From Bugula neritina (lineage: Eukaryota; Animalia; Bryozoa): 64,000 nt of DNA. Numbering within the stretch: the first letter of the stretch is position 1; the number at the start of each line of letters is the position of its first letter. The notes under the pieces are model-generated. The model had not been told where the DNA came from, searched no databases, and worked only from the letters and a program-made list of their open reading frames with translations. This document shows, one piece after another, positions 46,284 through 60,639 of the stretch. The stretch covers positions 7,672,889 to 7,736,888 of the forward strand of contig OZ037772.1 of NCBI GenBank assembly GCA_964035545.1. Reading direction: 5' to 3'. A program made the position numbers and the translations under genes.

Positions 46284-49200
46284 TCAAACTTTTACTTTTA
46301 TCCTCTTCTTTTTCTTTGGTGGTTTTATCTTAACAACTCCTACTTCATGAGATGAATCATTAAATACCGGCACTGGTTCTAAAAATGTTATTGAAACATG
46401 ACTATAGATTGTTAACTTACATTTACATAGCTTGTTCTTTGAAATGTGATAATATTATTGTTTATCAGATTTATTTTATCAATTTGATAAAGTAGAAATC
46501 CTTTTGTGAATTTCAAAATTAGGATGTGTTCAAGTCTTTTAAAAACAAATTGATTTAATTTAGTTTCAATTATAATTTAAAATTCGTTTATTTTGGTTGC
46601 CAAGTTTATAAGAATGAAATTTTTAAAAAAATTATAGTAAATCATAAAACTTCAAACAAAGTTGCAAAACATTTTTTGAAAAGTTGTCAGTTTACTTTCG
46701 AAAATTTGTTATAGTAGTTTAACTATAAAAATATGTAATAAAAGCCATTTGTAATCTTTATTGTTCAAGCTGTTTAAAATTTATATATTATATATAGGGT
46801 TTGGTTCCCACTGCTGCCAACATGTGTTTTTTATTACATTGTATCCATTGTCTCGTTTTTCAGAAGAAAACCTATGTTAGTGCTCTTGTTTAGGCTAGGT
46901 ATGTTATTTGCTTAAATAATTTAGAGGGCTAATTTAGATTATAGTACATTTGGTACAACTAGTACATTGGCTTTTCGAGCTTGTAAGTGCCTCACTTAAA
47001 CAATCTCTCAATCATAAGAGTAGTGCTTTGTTACCTACAAAAAATGAGGTCGATAGGTAATAGGACATACTAAGAACACAACAATATGTACACACGTATA
47101 CTTACCTTGTGAAGATCTAATCACAACTATGGCCACTGCTGCCAAACTGGATAATGTTAGACCTAACAAAACTCCCAAAGCAAAGACTGCCCTGTCCCAT
47201 GTATTATAGGTCTGCGAAGGTGCTGTCTCTCTTTTTCCGTCTGGCTGGTTGCTTGTTGCCTTCTTGCTTGTGCTAGTTGTTTGTAAGGCAACATTTGTTT
47301 TTTGTTTACTGGTTGTAAATATTTTTATAGTTGTAGGTTGTGTAGTAGTAGTTGTTGTGGTTGGTATAGTTGTAGTCGGTATAGTTGTAGTTGGTGTGGT
47401 TGTTGGTGTGGTTGTTGGCGTGGTTGTTGGTGTAGTTGTTGGTGTGGTTGTTGGTGTGGTGGGAATCCTCAGTCCTGCAAAGAGGTTGCGACAAAAAAGT
47501 TTCAGTATCTCAGGTTGTTTTGCCCTTTTAAAGCATCTTTAAATTGCATAAACATTTTAGAAAATAGTAGACGCTAGATTTTATACCCAACGGCTCTATT
47601 TTTTGTTTTCCATTGGGAAAAAAGACAAAAATGTCATTGGAAACATGAATAAAAAGTCTAATAGGTACATAATTTGGAAAAATCGCCACACACTTTAGCG
47701 TACTGTATATTTCTATTAAAAAAGCCTACCAGCTATAGATTATCGGTTACCTAGGTTACTGAAAATTTTTTTCTAGCAAATGTTACTTCTTTAGAAGATT
47801 TCTAGATTTTTTTTATTTCATTGTCATTTTGACTATGATTTTGAAAAAAAGCACTGAAAGTTACAAAAAATCTATGTTATCTATCTAAAGTTTAATGAAA
47901 AACACAAAAACAATCTTGCCCATCCTAATATCTATATCAGTTTGTCAGGTATGTATAATATCAAAATTATACACATAATGTATAGATATCTTTTATACTT
48001 CAAAACTATCATTTGGGTTAAAACTTAAGCAAATTCAGTAGCTTTTTATTTTTAAGATTTACAGCTTTGAGGTGTGGGTTTAATTTTCCATGACACCTCT
48101 TATCCATAAAAAGGGCCGCAAATAACAAATTGATCTCCAAACAACTCAAGTTTTAACATTGACTTGATACTTTTGATAGAAAAAACAATGAATCTGAGAA
48201 AAAAAAATTGTAAACTTACTTTGATATGACAGATCATAAACATATTTAGCTCCTATTATGTGCAAAACATTGGCTCTGCTGTCACCAACAATATATTTTG
48301 GAGAAGACAATCTGCACTGAGAAATAAAACCATTTGTATCAGCACCACGCCCAGTAAGTTGAGGTATGCACATAGTAGAGATTTCGGATATCTCTAAGTC
48401 AACAATTCTAATGACATGATTAGCTGTATCAGTCAATAAAAACAGGTTATTACTTAAAAAGACTAATTGCTGAGGCTGATTAACTTTGGCAACAGAAAGT
48501 TGACCATCATTATGACCGGCTGAGTTTTTTATAATGTTTACGGGGCCTTCAGAGGTTAGGCGCACCACGCCCGTAGAATGTGTGAAGTAAACTTCCATGT
48601 TTAGACTAATTGCTAAGTTGCTGATTTCAACCGAAACTGTAGTTATGGTAGAAATACTATAAGATGTATGTAAACCAACAATATTCATCTGTCTTATAGC
48701 GTAACCATAGCTATCGACAAAATAATACAAATTTAAAGAATGTCGGGCGAAAGACGCAGGTGATTCAGTACGAGCACTTGTAGAGGATCCGTCCACTGTA
48801 GCTTTCTCTCCGCAGGTCCCAATAGCGTGTGAAGTCATTTTGCTTCGGCTATTTATTTGACGAATGCAGCCATTTGAATAGTCTGCCACTAAGATTATAT
48901 TTTCTGTAATTTGGGAAGAGATTATTCCAGATATGCGTCCAAATCTAGCCGCATCTCTTTCTCCTTCGGTGTAGCCTGATACTAATTGATTTCCCGCAAT
49001 CAGATCAAAAGTAATAAAATCACTAGTTCTGGATATTGCGTATTGATTGGCCACTAAATAGCTACTGGGTCTAAAAGAGTCTACAGTAATCTCCGTAAAC
49101 ACTTCAGGTGGGCTTCCGCTAATTCCCTGATATGACCATGATCGCTTGTTTAACCTTGAAAATCTCCACCTGAAAATTAAATTAAAATATTATGGTATGA

Positions 49201-50037
49201 ATTTAATTGGCTCATTTTAAACATGACTCATGTCTAATAATTTTAATGTTTGCTTAAAAAGTCTCAAGTTTATTTGTTTTTTTCTTATGAAAGATGTTTT
49301 ATATATAAAAAAAATTGGTCGTGTTTTTTGTTACTAAAACTAGGTAAATATGCAGAAATTCAAATCTATTCAATTTTTTTAAATTTTGAACCATTAATTG
49401 CACATTTATCAAGAACCATTACAAAAAATAAATCCGACTCAAACACTTTTGGGACTCTCTTTTGTGAAAGTAGTATGCTAATTTTTAATTTATAATCTAG
49501 TGTAGATATATATGGAGCAAAATCAAACCCAGTAATTTCTTGCTTGTGAATCACTCTTGCATATGCCCAATGTGAAACGCAGTACAACACCTGAAAAAAA
49601 ATTTGTCTAAGAAAACAATTTGATTTGCAAAAACCTGTATACTCAATGCAAAGTTTCATTAAGCATTAACTAACCATATATGTTCTAACTAAGATAAACT
49701 AGCCTTTTAATTGTTTTAAATTAATTTCAATTTTCGGTTTAATAAGATGTTTTGAAAACATACAAATTATCTCAAATAATATATTATGTGATATACATAT
49801 AAAATAAAAGCATCTAATTAACAATTCTTTTTTGAACAATTTACCAACAAAATTGATTTTCAAATAAAAATACTTATTTTGTCCGAGAATAATGACCTGA
49901 GGTAATGTGATAATTTGTACATTGTCACACAAAACAGAATTTCATTGCATAAACTAAGTAATAGAAAATGGCACAACTAAATTAATCATTGTAGCAACAT
50001 AATTCGCACTTACTATCAATCTAGTATATAAGGTCAT
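46284..50037 (-). CDS. N6: NHL-repeat type I membrane protein with a (TTPT)n stalk and short basic tail
   Basis: Exons 50037-50014 (MTLYTRLI), 49590-49529 (VLYCVSHWAYARVIHKQEIT), 49169-48220 (NHL), 47474-47106 (stalk, TM AVFALGVLLGLTLSSLAAVAIVVI) and 46378-46284 (...KPPKKKKRIKVKV*). Confidence 0.83.
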
Positions 50038-50221
50038 TTTGAGACGATAGCATATGAATAAAGATTCAAAACTTAGCTAATACTTCTAACAGAGTAGCCT
50101 GAACTCATAACAATAAAGTTAGCTAGAACTTGAATATCAATTTAACATATTTCAAATTATTGACTCAAAGCAAGTAAATTGACTGGATAATTTTTATCTT
50201 TTAGCTATAAATAACACTATT
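50038..50221. promoter_or_regulatory. Probable compact bidirectional promoter between N6 and N7
   Basis: Predicted divergent ATGs at 50037 (-) and 50222 (+) with 184 bp between them; a TATAAA sits near 50207. Confidence 0.45.
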
Positions 50222-53200
50222 ATGTTTTCTCTCAAGTTACCGGTATGTTATTTTCATTTCCTTTTAAGCATTGCCATTACATTGAAAACGGTTTAAAAAA
50301 TTCAATCCTAATATTTAGCATTACCAATTACATTACAGAGCAATTTATAGTTAACTGTCTGGTTGGTAATTATTTAAACTTCTCATCAGATGTTGCATAT
50401 ACTGACATTTCTGAAAAATGGACAATTGTACAAATGATTTATTAATAGATTTTAAGTTATAGTATAAGTTATATTTAGGAAAAAAAATTTAAAATAAGTT
50501 GTTTCAGTTACCAAAAACAGCAATTAGTTGATTTAGCAAAAATTAAAACTTTTTGAGTTATTCAAAATTAAAATTTTATTTATAAGGCATAAATAATAAT
50601 ATGAACCATAATAGAGTATTGAAAATTCCATCTATGTATCGCATTACATGTTGACAATAAAAGTAGGCAAATACAAATATTTTGCATGTAAATATATTGA
50701 AATATGTTTATTGTTTATATTTATATGGTATAAACCATCTCTGTAGGTATAATTAATATGTTGTATTACACTGAAAGTCATTATTATTATTTTAGATTTA
50801 CTTGGCTATTTGCCCGTGTGTATTGACCTTCACCCCTGTATATAACGAATATGTTGACGGGTTGGTTGAAAAACTACTTTTTGCTTTATATCTACACTAA
50901 AAATAACATAATTTATAAGGCAATTGAGTTTAGGGCTTAAAGTTTTTTTGATAATGCTTGCAGAAACCAAATGACTTTATAGATGCTAGTTTGGTTTATT
51001 CAATGGTTCTAACTATATAACTAATTTTTTTTCAGAAAAAAAACTTTATATAATTCAGTGAAAATAAAAAACTTTTATAATATGCCAGGACCGTCAAAAA
51101 ATTTAATTTTGAAAAAAATATTATTAAGTTATATATATCAATTGCCTTTCAAACTTTTAGATGACAATCCTCAAAACATTTGACATGTTAGTTAATTCTC
51201 ATTTCATTATTTTTATTTATCACACAAAATATTCTAGTAAAATTACAATGACATGATTATCAAAGCTGCTCTAAGTTCAATGGCAATTTATATATGTCAT
51301 TTAAAACTTGTAGCTATTAGTGGAATATTATTGAGTAGAATAATAATTATTCGTAAGGACAAGGTCTTGCATGCTAGCTTTGCACCCGCTGATGCATCTT
51401 TACACTTATAACAAGCATTCCCAGAATGAAAAATTGGAAAATATAATATGTAACATTTCATTGATGTTGTTTAAAGGTATTTACTCAATTGATGAGCTAA
51501 AAAGTTTATAAGAAGTTTTTAAATCTCGTAATGCACTTGTAACTCATAGTGGTGTAAATGTGGGTGCAGTATAAAACTGTTATTGCTGACAATGCTGCCT
51601 TGGCTAATTTTAAATTAATTATGAATACTCTGACAGATGTAAATAGGTTAATCATGTTTGTTTGCAATTTAAATCCTTAGAAATTAATTATTAGAACTTA
51701 ACATTTTTGACTAGCACAGTATCTTATGTTAAAACAAAAAATACTTGGAATAAACCGTAACCATGCATGTGTCATAAGTATAATGCTTGTTTGTTCTACT
51801 GTACAAATATTTTCTTTCTTTTCTTTGAAAATGTTATAATAAAATGCAAACAAAACTCAATTAAAAAGTAGTGTCATTAAACTATGAAAAATAAGCAGTA
51901 GTGAAATTATTTCCAGGTGGAATTTTCCTGATGTGACAAAAGAGGTGATACAGAGTCAATATTTTCAAAGACACAATGACGAATTATTCAGCTGCATGAC
52001 TGCAGACCCAAATAAGGAAGGATTTTATTTCGTATCCAGCTACCATGCAATATATCACACTTACAACTTTAAAAACTTCTCCCATCTGGCGGGTACTTAT
52101 CAGTCAACCGAATATGAATCCGGTGTCAATGCCAAGTTTGGCAGAATAACCGGAATCATAGCTTTTGAAAAGAATCGAAAAAGACTTTTGGTAGCCGATT
52201 ACAGCTATCACTGCATTCGTGAGGTAGACTTAGGTGAACAATATATCTCATTACTTGATAACCACGTCAGAGAATTTGCTGGAAAATGCCAAGTAGCCAG
52301 ATCAATAGACGGGAGCCTTGCGGAAGCTGGAATAACTTCTCCAACAGATCTCATTTTTGAAACTGAAAAAAGTTTTGTTTTTTCCGAGGTTTCTACTGTG
52401 CGTCGGTTGTCACTAGAAGATGGAGATTGGAAAGTTACCACTCTCACAGACACGGGTTACACTATCAATAAATTAGTGTTTGATCCTTTTAAAGCTACAA
52501 TCTTTATTACACACGCCTCAGGCATTTCACGCCTCAGTACCAATGGTCTGACGTTCATTTCTGGACAAAATACTGGCTACAGAGATGGATCTTTAAATGA
52601 GTCACAATTCAATGATCCTCAGCAAATGGTTTTTTTAAGCGACAGAGTGTTTGTGGTCGCTGACAGGCAGAATCATGTACTGAGAATCGTTAATCTAGCA
52701 GACAAATCAGTTTCATCTATATGCCAGCCTGAATCTCTGAGTTTTACTGACCCTTGTCAAATGGAGTTTCCAACTCTACTGTACACAGATCTAGAAGGCT
52801 TACATGTAATAGACGCGAGTTCAGTAATTTCCATGAGTTTTAAATATAATCAATGTAAGCAATAAGATTACTTTATACAAACTAAAACTTCAATTATAGA
52901 CTTAGAATTTTGTAAAAAAAGGAGTAATTAGATGATAAAAAATAATTTTGAATATTTCAATGTAATGCTTAAATCAGTAATGTTTGATTTTTCAAACTTA
53001 AATTGCCAAGCAAAGTAAACTGACAAGCTTACTACAGGTTTTTGTTTGAGCACTGCATATTAATGAGTACACGTACATTAAATTGGATGAGTTTACAGGA
53101 GTTTTGAGGGTATATACTTTAGTTATATATGTTTTATAGTAGTCAGTGTATACTAATTACTATAAAACATATAATAAACTAACCTAAAGCTGTAATTCTT

Positions 53201-53989
53201 AAGAGTCATGGGTGTCCATAAAAATTGTAAGTCTGATCCAGAAATCTACTTACATATTATTGCAATATTTTCATTGATTTATGCAAAAACTTAATTTATT
53301 AATACTTTACATGATATAGTGTAGATATATAAATATAACGTTATCTCGCTACACAAACAGGACAACTTGGTGATAGGTGGGAACAGGTAAAAAAAAATAC
53401 AAATATAAAACTGTGTTTGAAACTTATTTTAGCTGCAAGAACTAAGCCCAATACTCAGTCCAACTCAAGTCCTGATGATAATATCTTAACCAGCAGCAAA
53501 ACAGCCGAAGCTACAACTGCGTCACCAACCAAAAGAACTACAGTAGCTGTTAAAAGTTCCTTAAACCAGAAGAGGTTCCTGACAGTTACTTATGTTGTGG
53601 GAACTGTGGTCGGAGTAATAATGGCCATTTTGATCACAATCACTGTGATTAAAATTGCTCAATCCAAACGTGAGTTTGAGCTATATTCTACCTTTTGATG
53701 TCTATGTTTGGATTTTTTTGTGTTTTTTTGTTTTTTTGTTGGTGTACGTTATCGTTTTTAATTTGTTTTAGTGTATTTTTGTGTCTTAGTGTGTTTTAGA
53801 CTGTTGTAGTGTGTTTTTATAGTATTCTTTATTTTGAGCGCTTGCGTGTGCTTGTGCGACTGTGCGAGTTTGTGTGTGTGCGAATTTGTGTGTGTGCGCG
53901 AGTGTGAGTGTGTGTGCGCGCGCGTGTGAGTGTGTGCGTGCCTGTGTGCGTGTGTGTGTGTGTGTGTGTCTGTGTATGTGTGTGTGTGT

Positions 53990-54035
<46 letters not shown>

Positions 54036-54236
54036 GTGTCCGCGTGTGCGTGTGTGCGTGTGTGTACGTGTGTTATTTGCCTGTTTGTTTAAATTTAAAC
54101 AATTTAATTTCATTTTATTTTAGAGCCACATCAAGTATTCAAGCGAATCATTAGAAGAAAAATAAAAATTAAAAAACATAAAGTTAACCACGTTTGTAGT
54201 GTCGACAGTGAAAGCATTGCTGAAAGCAAGCAATAA
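50222..54236 (+). CDS. N7: NHL-repeat type I membrane protein with a short basic tail
   Basis: Exons 50222-50242 (MFSLKLP), 50796-50860 (IYLAICPCVLTFTPVYNEYVD), 51917-52854 (NHL), 53433-53669 (stalk, TM FLTVTYVVGTVVGVIMAILITITVI) and 54124-54236. Confidence 0.83.
53843..54073. repeat. Compound (TG)n/(CG) microsatellite in the last coding intron of N7
   Basis: Direct reading of the sequence. Confidence 0.9.
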
Positions 54237-56061
54237 CATCCGGTAAAGTATATTTGTCTTTTCTCAGTGAAGTCACTAAATTTTCGTGTCTGTAGATTTC
54301 TCAATAGATTCCTAATTCAACTTTATCCAAGCTACAAAAACAGCATTAATATCTTTAATTGTATTACTTGTACTATTGATTCTTTCATTTCAAACATTGC
54401 TGCCTTATTTAATATAAACTTTTGTTACACCAGAAATTTAAAAAACATATTATGATACATATCCTTTAGTCTTGTTCAAAATTTTTGAAATAAGCAAATG
54501 TATGTAAAACAACACAAACATTACTTATGTTATTGATCATTTAAGTAGAAACATAATTTTAGCTGTTTGACAAAAAAATGCGGTATTATGGGAATAACAT
54601 ACTACTAGAGCATGCTATACATTTGGTCTATGCTTCACAGAGCAGTGATAATTTTTACATTTAAATAATATGTATTAATTTGTATAAAATTTTGAATTCT
54701 GATATAAGTGATGAAAACTTTAGTATAACTCCAACCTATATAACATAACAGTTGTTTTGTTTTAGGTTTCAGTAAGAGTGCCAAATAATCACCTCTAAAC
54801 TAGACGTTAATTTAGCATGAGCAGTTTTGAAAGCTAGAACTTATTAAAAGCTGAGATTCTATTTGTTTAAAGAAAACATGTTTTTTCTGGTAAAAGTTGT
54901 GATGTTTATTGTTACTGGTGGTAAAGAAGCCATGTTATGTTTTTAATGCAGACTAACCAAATACTTCAGAATTGTTTTTAAATATAGAAATAATGAACTA
55001 AACAAAATAAAATATCTCACGATGTTATATCTGTAAATTCTTAATTTTTTGGAAATTATGTATACTTGAATGATTAAACAAATACGCATTCAAATTTTAT
55101 CGGTGCTAATTCCCGCTTTAAAATTAACTTTATTTACTTGTCTCATTTCTACTTCCGAATTATAATTAACGCTCCATTGTAACTGATGGTATATGTTATG
55201 AAAAAGTTTGAACAAAAATGCAGTTATCATACATTGAACACAATATTGCATTTATGGCTTTAATATATAATATATTTTAAGTTTATATAAATATATTTTA
55301 TATTTACTAGTTTCATCAATACAAAGTTTACAGGCAAAAGTTCACAGTTTGAATTTTGACTGTTTCAAATAAATCGTTGCATTAGATCACCACATTGATG
55401 TGCAAAATCAAACTCAATACGTTTATAATTTTTTTCAGGAGGTATTCAATTTTGAGTCAATGATAAATTCATGCAACACCTGTTTGCAATACAAAGCCAG
55501 CAATTGCGCACTATTGTGAGAGTTCATTTAATGCATCATAAAAAAATTCATTTTGATGCTAAAATTGGAATTAGTTTCGGCCTGCTAATAAATTATTTAA
55601 GCTATTACAAACAAATGTCAAAGATTTGTTATTTTGGGGCTACATAGTTGACAAAAATTTATTGATACATTGCAATTACTTATTCAAAGTTTAGCTACAT
55701 AGGAATCATCAGGAAAATTATTTTAAACAGTGTTTTTTTTGCAAAAATTTACCAACGAAATTTTCACTTTTTTTTATTTATTAGAATAGTATTAAATAAA
55801 TTTTAATTAACATGAATCATATATTATAATTATGTCAAAAAAAAGATTTTGCAAAAACATTGAAATTCAGAGTTGGAATAAATCTATAAATGTAGAAGTT
55901 GTCTTGAACTTTTTACACCAGTTGCTTTTTAAATCTATGCCTTGGAGAGTGGCATGTTCTTATCTTTCTATTGGGTTCTAAAACCAACCACGCAATTATT
56001 TTAGAAAAATCCACGTTACATAATTTTAGAGTTTCAGTTTTATTCTTGTAAAAAACTTAAT

Positions 56062-56070
56062 ACACACACA

Positions 56071-56162
<92 letters not shown>

Positions 56163-56208
56163 CCCACGCACGCACGCACGCACACACACACACACACGCA
56201 CGCACACG

Positions 56209-56249
<41 letters not shown>

Positions 56250-56267
56250 GCACACGCACACACGCAC

Positions 56268-56311
<44 letters not shown>
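56062..56311. repeat. (CACG)n plus (CA)n microsatellite
   Basis: Direct reading of the sequence. Confidence 0.95.
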
Positions 56312-56313
<2 letters not shown>

Positions 56314-56365
56314 AAACTAAATAACAAGTACCGCAGACTGTTCCTTGTTTAAATTGGCAGGTTTT

Positions 56366-59275
56366 TCAACTTCGTCCACGAGAAGTTGTTTCTTTTTTTT
56401 TCATCTTCTTACTTCCTATAAAACAGTGTTATATACTGAGTCTAAATTGAAAATATCAGTAATCAGTGTTTAAAGAATGCATTAATGCTCAGGTTTTATA
56501 TGCCATATTATTATAAAATAACGTAGTGCTGAAAGTAAACCACAGTTTTTAAAATGTCACTTCAATGATAAAATTCAACAAAACTACAATAGCCACTCTC
56601 CAGACTAATGTTCTACCCTGAATTAGAAAAAAAATCAGAACCACTTTTACCTCAAATAAAATTGATTGATTTTCATTTTCTAAAGCATTGTTTATAAATA
56701 TTGTTTGAAAGATTTAGTATAAACGAAAAAAATGTATATAATTTACTTTTTGTAGTTGTCCACCCTACAAGAATGACTGTGAGCAGTGTGGTCAGAATAC
56801 CTCCAGTAACTACCCACACGGCTAGCAGAATCTTACTCTCTCGGTTGTATTTAGACAGCACTGTGCCTGCGGTGGCAGGTCGTAGAGTTGGAAATCCTCT
56901 TCCCAAAAGTATTTTCTTGATTGTAACAGAAGGACCTCCTGGTTGGGCAAGAGTTGGTAAGGCTGGAGCCGGTGCAGTTGAGAAAAACTGAGTTGGAGGT
57001 ATTGTTGGTGGTGCTGTCGTCGTTTCAGCTACGTTTACTTCCGGTTCAGTAGCTGCTTTATATCGTCGAGTAGTGTTTAGGACTGCAATTGAAAAAACAC
57101 TACTTCATACAAGTATATACAAAAACACTACATGATATATACAATACAAAAATAGAATATAAATACATACTATTGTCTAGTATATAAAAAACTCATGCCA
57201 GTTTATAGTCACTATCCCTGTGAGAAAACTTTTGATGGAAGCAGCTTTGTTAAAACGGACTAAGGACTTATTAAGATGAGGCACAGGAGCAATTATAACT
57301 GGATGGTTCCTAACATCACTAATGACATTTATTTTGGCGCGAACCCGTGACCTCGCGCTTACTAGGCAACTGCTCTAACCCCTAGACAACAGCTGCTCCC
57401 TGCCATTGTCTAGTATATAATGGGAAAATTGTCTGATATTGCTCAATGCAAGATAAAAAGTTGTGAAATTAAAGCTAACTGTGATGAAAAGTTTCAATCG
57501 AGTTGCGCGTGTGTTTGCGTTTGTGTCTGTGTTATAATGTAAAATACTATATTAAAATTATTATTAAATCACCAAGTACGTGTGTTTTAAAAAATTAATT
57601 ATATAAAGAGATAAAGAGGCATAGTCCACTTCCTGAAATACATACCTTCATAGGTAAGATACTTTAAACCTCTTGAATCAAAAATGTACACTTGCTTCCC
57701 TTGCTCAACCTTTAATAAAAAATTAGGAAGATTCATTCTGCACTCTCTAACTGATGTCGATTCGGCTTTTAAATGTGGTGGAGCGCTGCATAAAGTTGAA
57801 ATAGTAAAGTCAGCTAAGTTCACAACTCGTACCACATGGTTATTTCTATCGGCCAGCAATATGATATCATTAGTTAGAAACAGAAAGTGCTGCGGATTGT
57901 AGACACTGGCGGACACCAACGGGCCGTCACTATGCCCACCCGTAGTGCCAATTATTTGAATTGTGTGTTGTTCTCCTAAGAAAGACATTCCAGAGTTGAA
58001 TGTAAAATATATTTCCTTTGTGTTTGGACGAATGGCGAGCCGATTGATGTCTCGGCTCACTTCTTTAATAGTGTCAACATACCAACCATCTGTCTTAAAA
58101 GTGAGGCGTCTTATTTTCCTTTTCTCAGGAAAAAGAAATTGATTCTCAGATTCCTCGATTAGATCGTTTGGACTAAATATTCTAGCAACGTTAGCCTTGC
58201 CATCAATAGAATCACTATTGCTACATTTTCCTGCTACTTCTGCATCCAGGTGAATGACATGGTTTGTTTGGTTAAGTGGAGTTAGTGACCTGATGCAGTG
58301 ATGCGTCTTATCCGCTAAGAAGATAATGTCTGGAAATATCGTAGAAGTGACTAATCCAGTAATTTCACCAAACTGCGGATTTATGCCATTTTTGTAACTG
58401 TTGACATTAGGGGTGCCGGAAACAGTTTCAAGGTTTTCGAAATCTTGAGTTCTATAAATAGCGTTTGAAACAGCCAGCAAATAGGAGCCATCATTGTGTT
58501 TGTCTTTAGTCATAGCAGTTACAGTTAGTTGACCTGTCACGTGGAAGGTAGCTTTTTCTATGTCTTTTTTATCGACTTTCAAAAACTTCAAACTGAAAAA
58601 TTACCACAACAAGCTGAGTTATATCAAATAAAATACATGCTAAATTTTAGTGAGTCTAAAAACCTGTTTAAAAAAGTTATGCTTGAGGTGTTTCTTCTCT
58701 GCAAACAACATCCAGTGTTCATGGCAGTCATAATTATGTTGAAATAAATTTTAATTAGAAAAACATATAATAAAAAGACATAAAGGTATTTTGACCTGGG
58801 TTTTGTAGTCATAGCTAAACACCTACTTTAATACTTGTTCTTCGATCAGTACATCTGTAGACACACAGATAAGAAGTTGAGAAAAGACCTAACAATAAAG
58901 AGTGAAGGTTAAGCTGTTGGTCGCATGCAGAAGCTATAATACATTTTTTAATTAGCTGCTATGTTAACTAACAACTTAAACTTTTTCGAAGTATTTTTTG
59001 AACACATTTTAAAGAAATTAGTCAGATAATGTTTTTGTAAATAGTAAATATAAAAATTAAAATCTAAATCACCTTTCAAAATATTTTCAATTTTAAAATA
59101 AAAATTATAGGTTTATGCTAATAATATGTTTTGCTGTATAGTGCGTAAAAACATTCTCTTGCATGATTGAGCAAAGTTATTTTGAAATACGAATATTTAT
59201 TTAATTTTTTCAATTTTAGAACTTGAACCATAGACACACACAAAACAAACTCACCAAAAACTGTGACTTTCTCAT
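56366..59275 (-). CDS. N8: NHL-repeat type I membrane protein with a Pro/Thr stalk and very short basic tail
   Basis: Exons 59275-59255 (MRKSQFL), 58888-58827 (VFSQLLICVSTDVLIEEQVL), 58592-57646 (NHL), 57082-56747 (stalk, TM ILLAVWVVTGGILTTLLTVILVGW) and 56415-56366. Confidence 0.8.
57188..57404 (-). mobile_element. tRNA-derived SINE, copy 6, with a 16-bp target-site duplication
   Basis: Reverse complement has the same head and body as the other copies. ATTGTCTAGTATATAA is duplicated at 57172-57187 and 57405-57420. Confidence 0.9.
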
Positions 59276-59541
59276 GGTTCCGCAGAAACTTAGAGCTTGC
59301 AAAGTTTACATCAGTCCAAAAATAGCGGTAGTTTTACATGAAATGTAAATCTAAAAAGCTCCCGGAAAAGCAGAGTCTGAGAAATTTAATCAATTTAAAA
59401 AAACATGCAGTTTATTGTTGTGAGTTGAGTCTGAAGTCATAAGTTGTGGCAAGATATTTGTTTTTCTGAAGCCAAAAGTGAATACCTAAAGGTGCTTGCA
59501 AATCTTTGGTTTACTATAAGAGCTATCTGCAAAGTAATATT

Positions 59542-59554
59542 TATATATATATGT

Positions 59555-59602
<48 letters not shown>

Positions 59603-59609
59603 GTATATA
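59542..59609. repeat. (TA)n microsatellite
   Basis: Direct reading of the sequence. Confidence 0.85.
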
Positions 59610-60274
59610 CGTATATTTTTTTAGTTGTACCTTCCTCATTGACTCAGGTGCAGTTATAAGCTTGGTTCCATGTTAATTAGACTTCGAAATCTTAACACAC
59701 TTGATTAAAATCATAATTTATGTTTTTGAGTTATTTTTCGGCTAACAGATGTCAAAGGTTCAATTTCTATTTACTACAAATAAAGAACAAGTTGAACCTA
59801 TAGTCAAGTCTTTAGATGTGTTTGCTTCAGTTTTGCAGAGCAGCAGCAAAGTGTGTATATTCAAATAATTACCCACCTAACATTTTTGAAGCAAAATACT
59901 TCAGTTTGTAATTAGTCACTTAACAATTTTGACCGTTATAGTTACAGCACCTTTTAAATGTCACTTTAATATTACCAATAATATTGCTTTCAACTCATTG
60001 GTTAAAATTGATTTTGTCTTTTTTAGCAATTCAAAGTTATGCAAACCTAACCAGTTTCTGCTTAAGTGATAAGTTTACAGAGAAAAGCTTAATTTGTTCA
60101 ATTATTGCTTGATGAAAATACTCACTTGCTTACTTGTTTTATCTTCTCTTGTGGCATATATTAGTTAATAACTTATACTTGTTTAACCCCGACATTATAC
60201 TATTTAATGAATTTATATTTTTGCTAATTTTTCAAGTGCGCACTAGCCCAAACACTCAAACACCTATGTATGTT

Positions 60275-60639
<365 letters not shown>

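Noticed and set aside
56330-56415. Longer N8 tail through a one-base change in the A9 run
   Set aside because: It would require assuming a sequencing error, which cannot be judged without reads.
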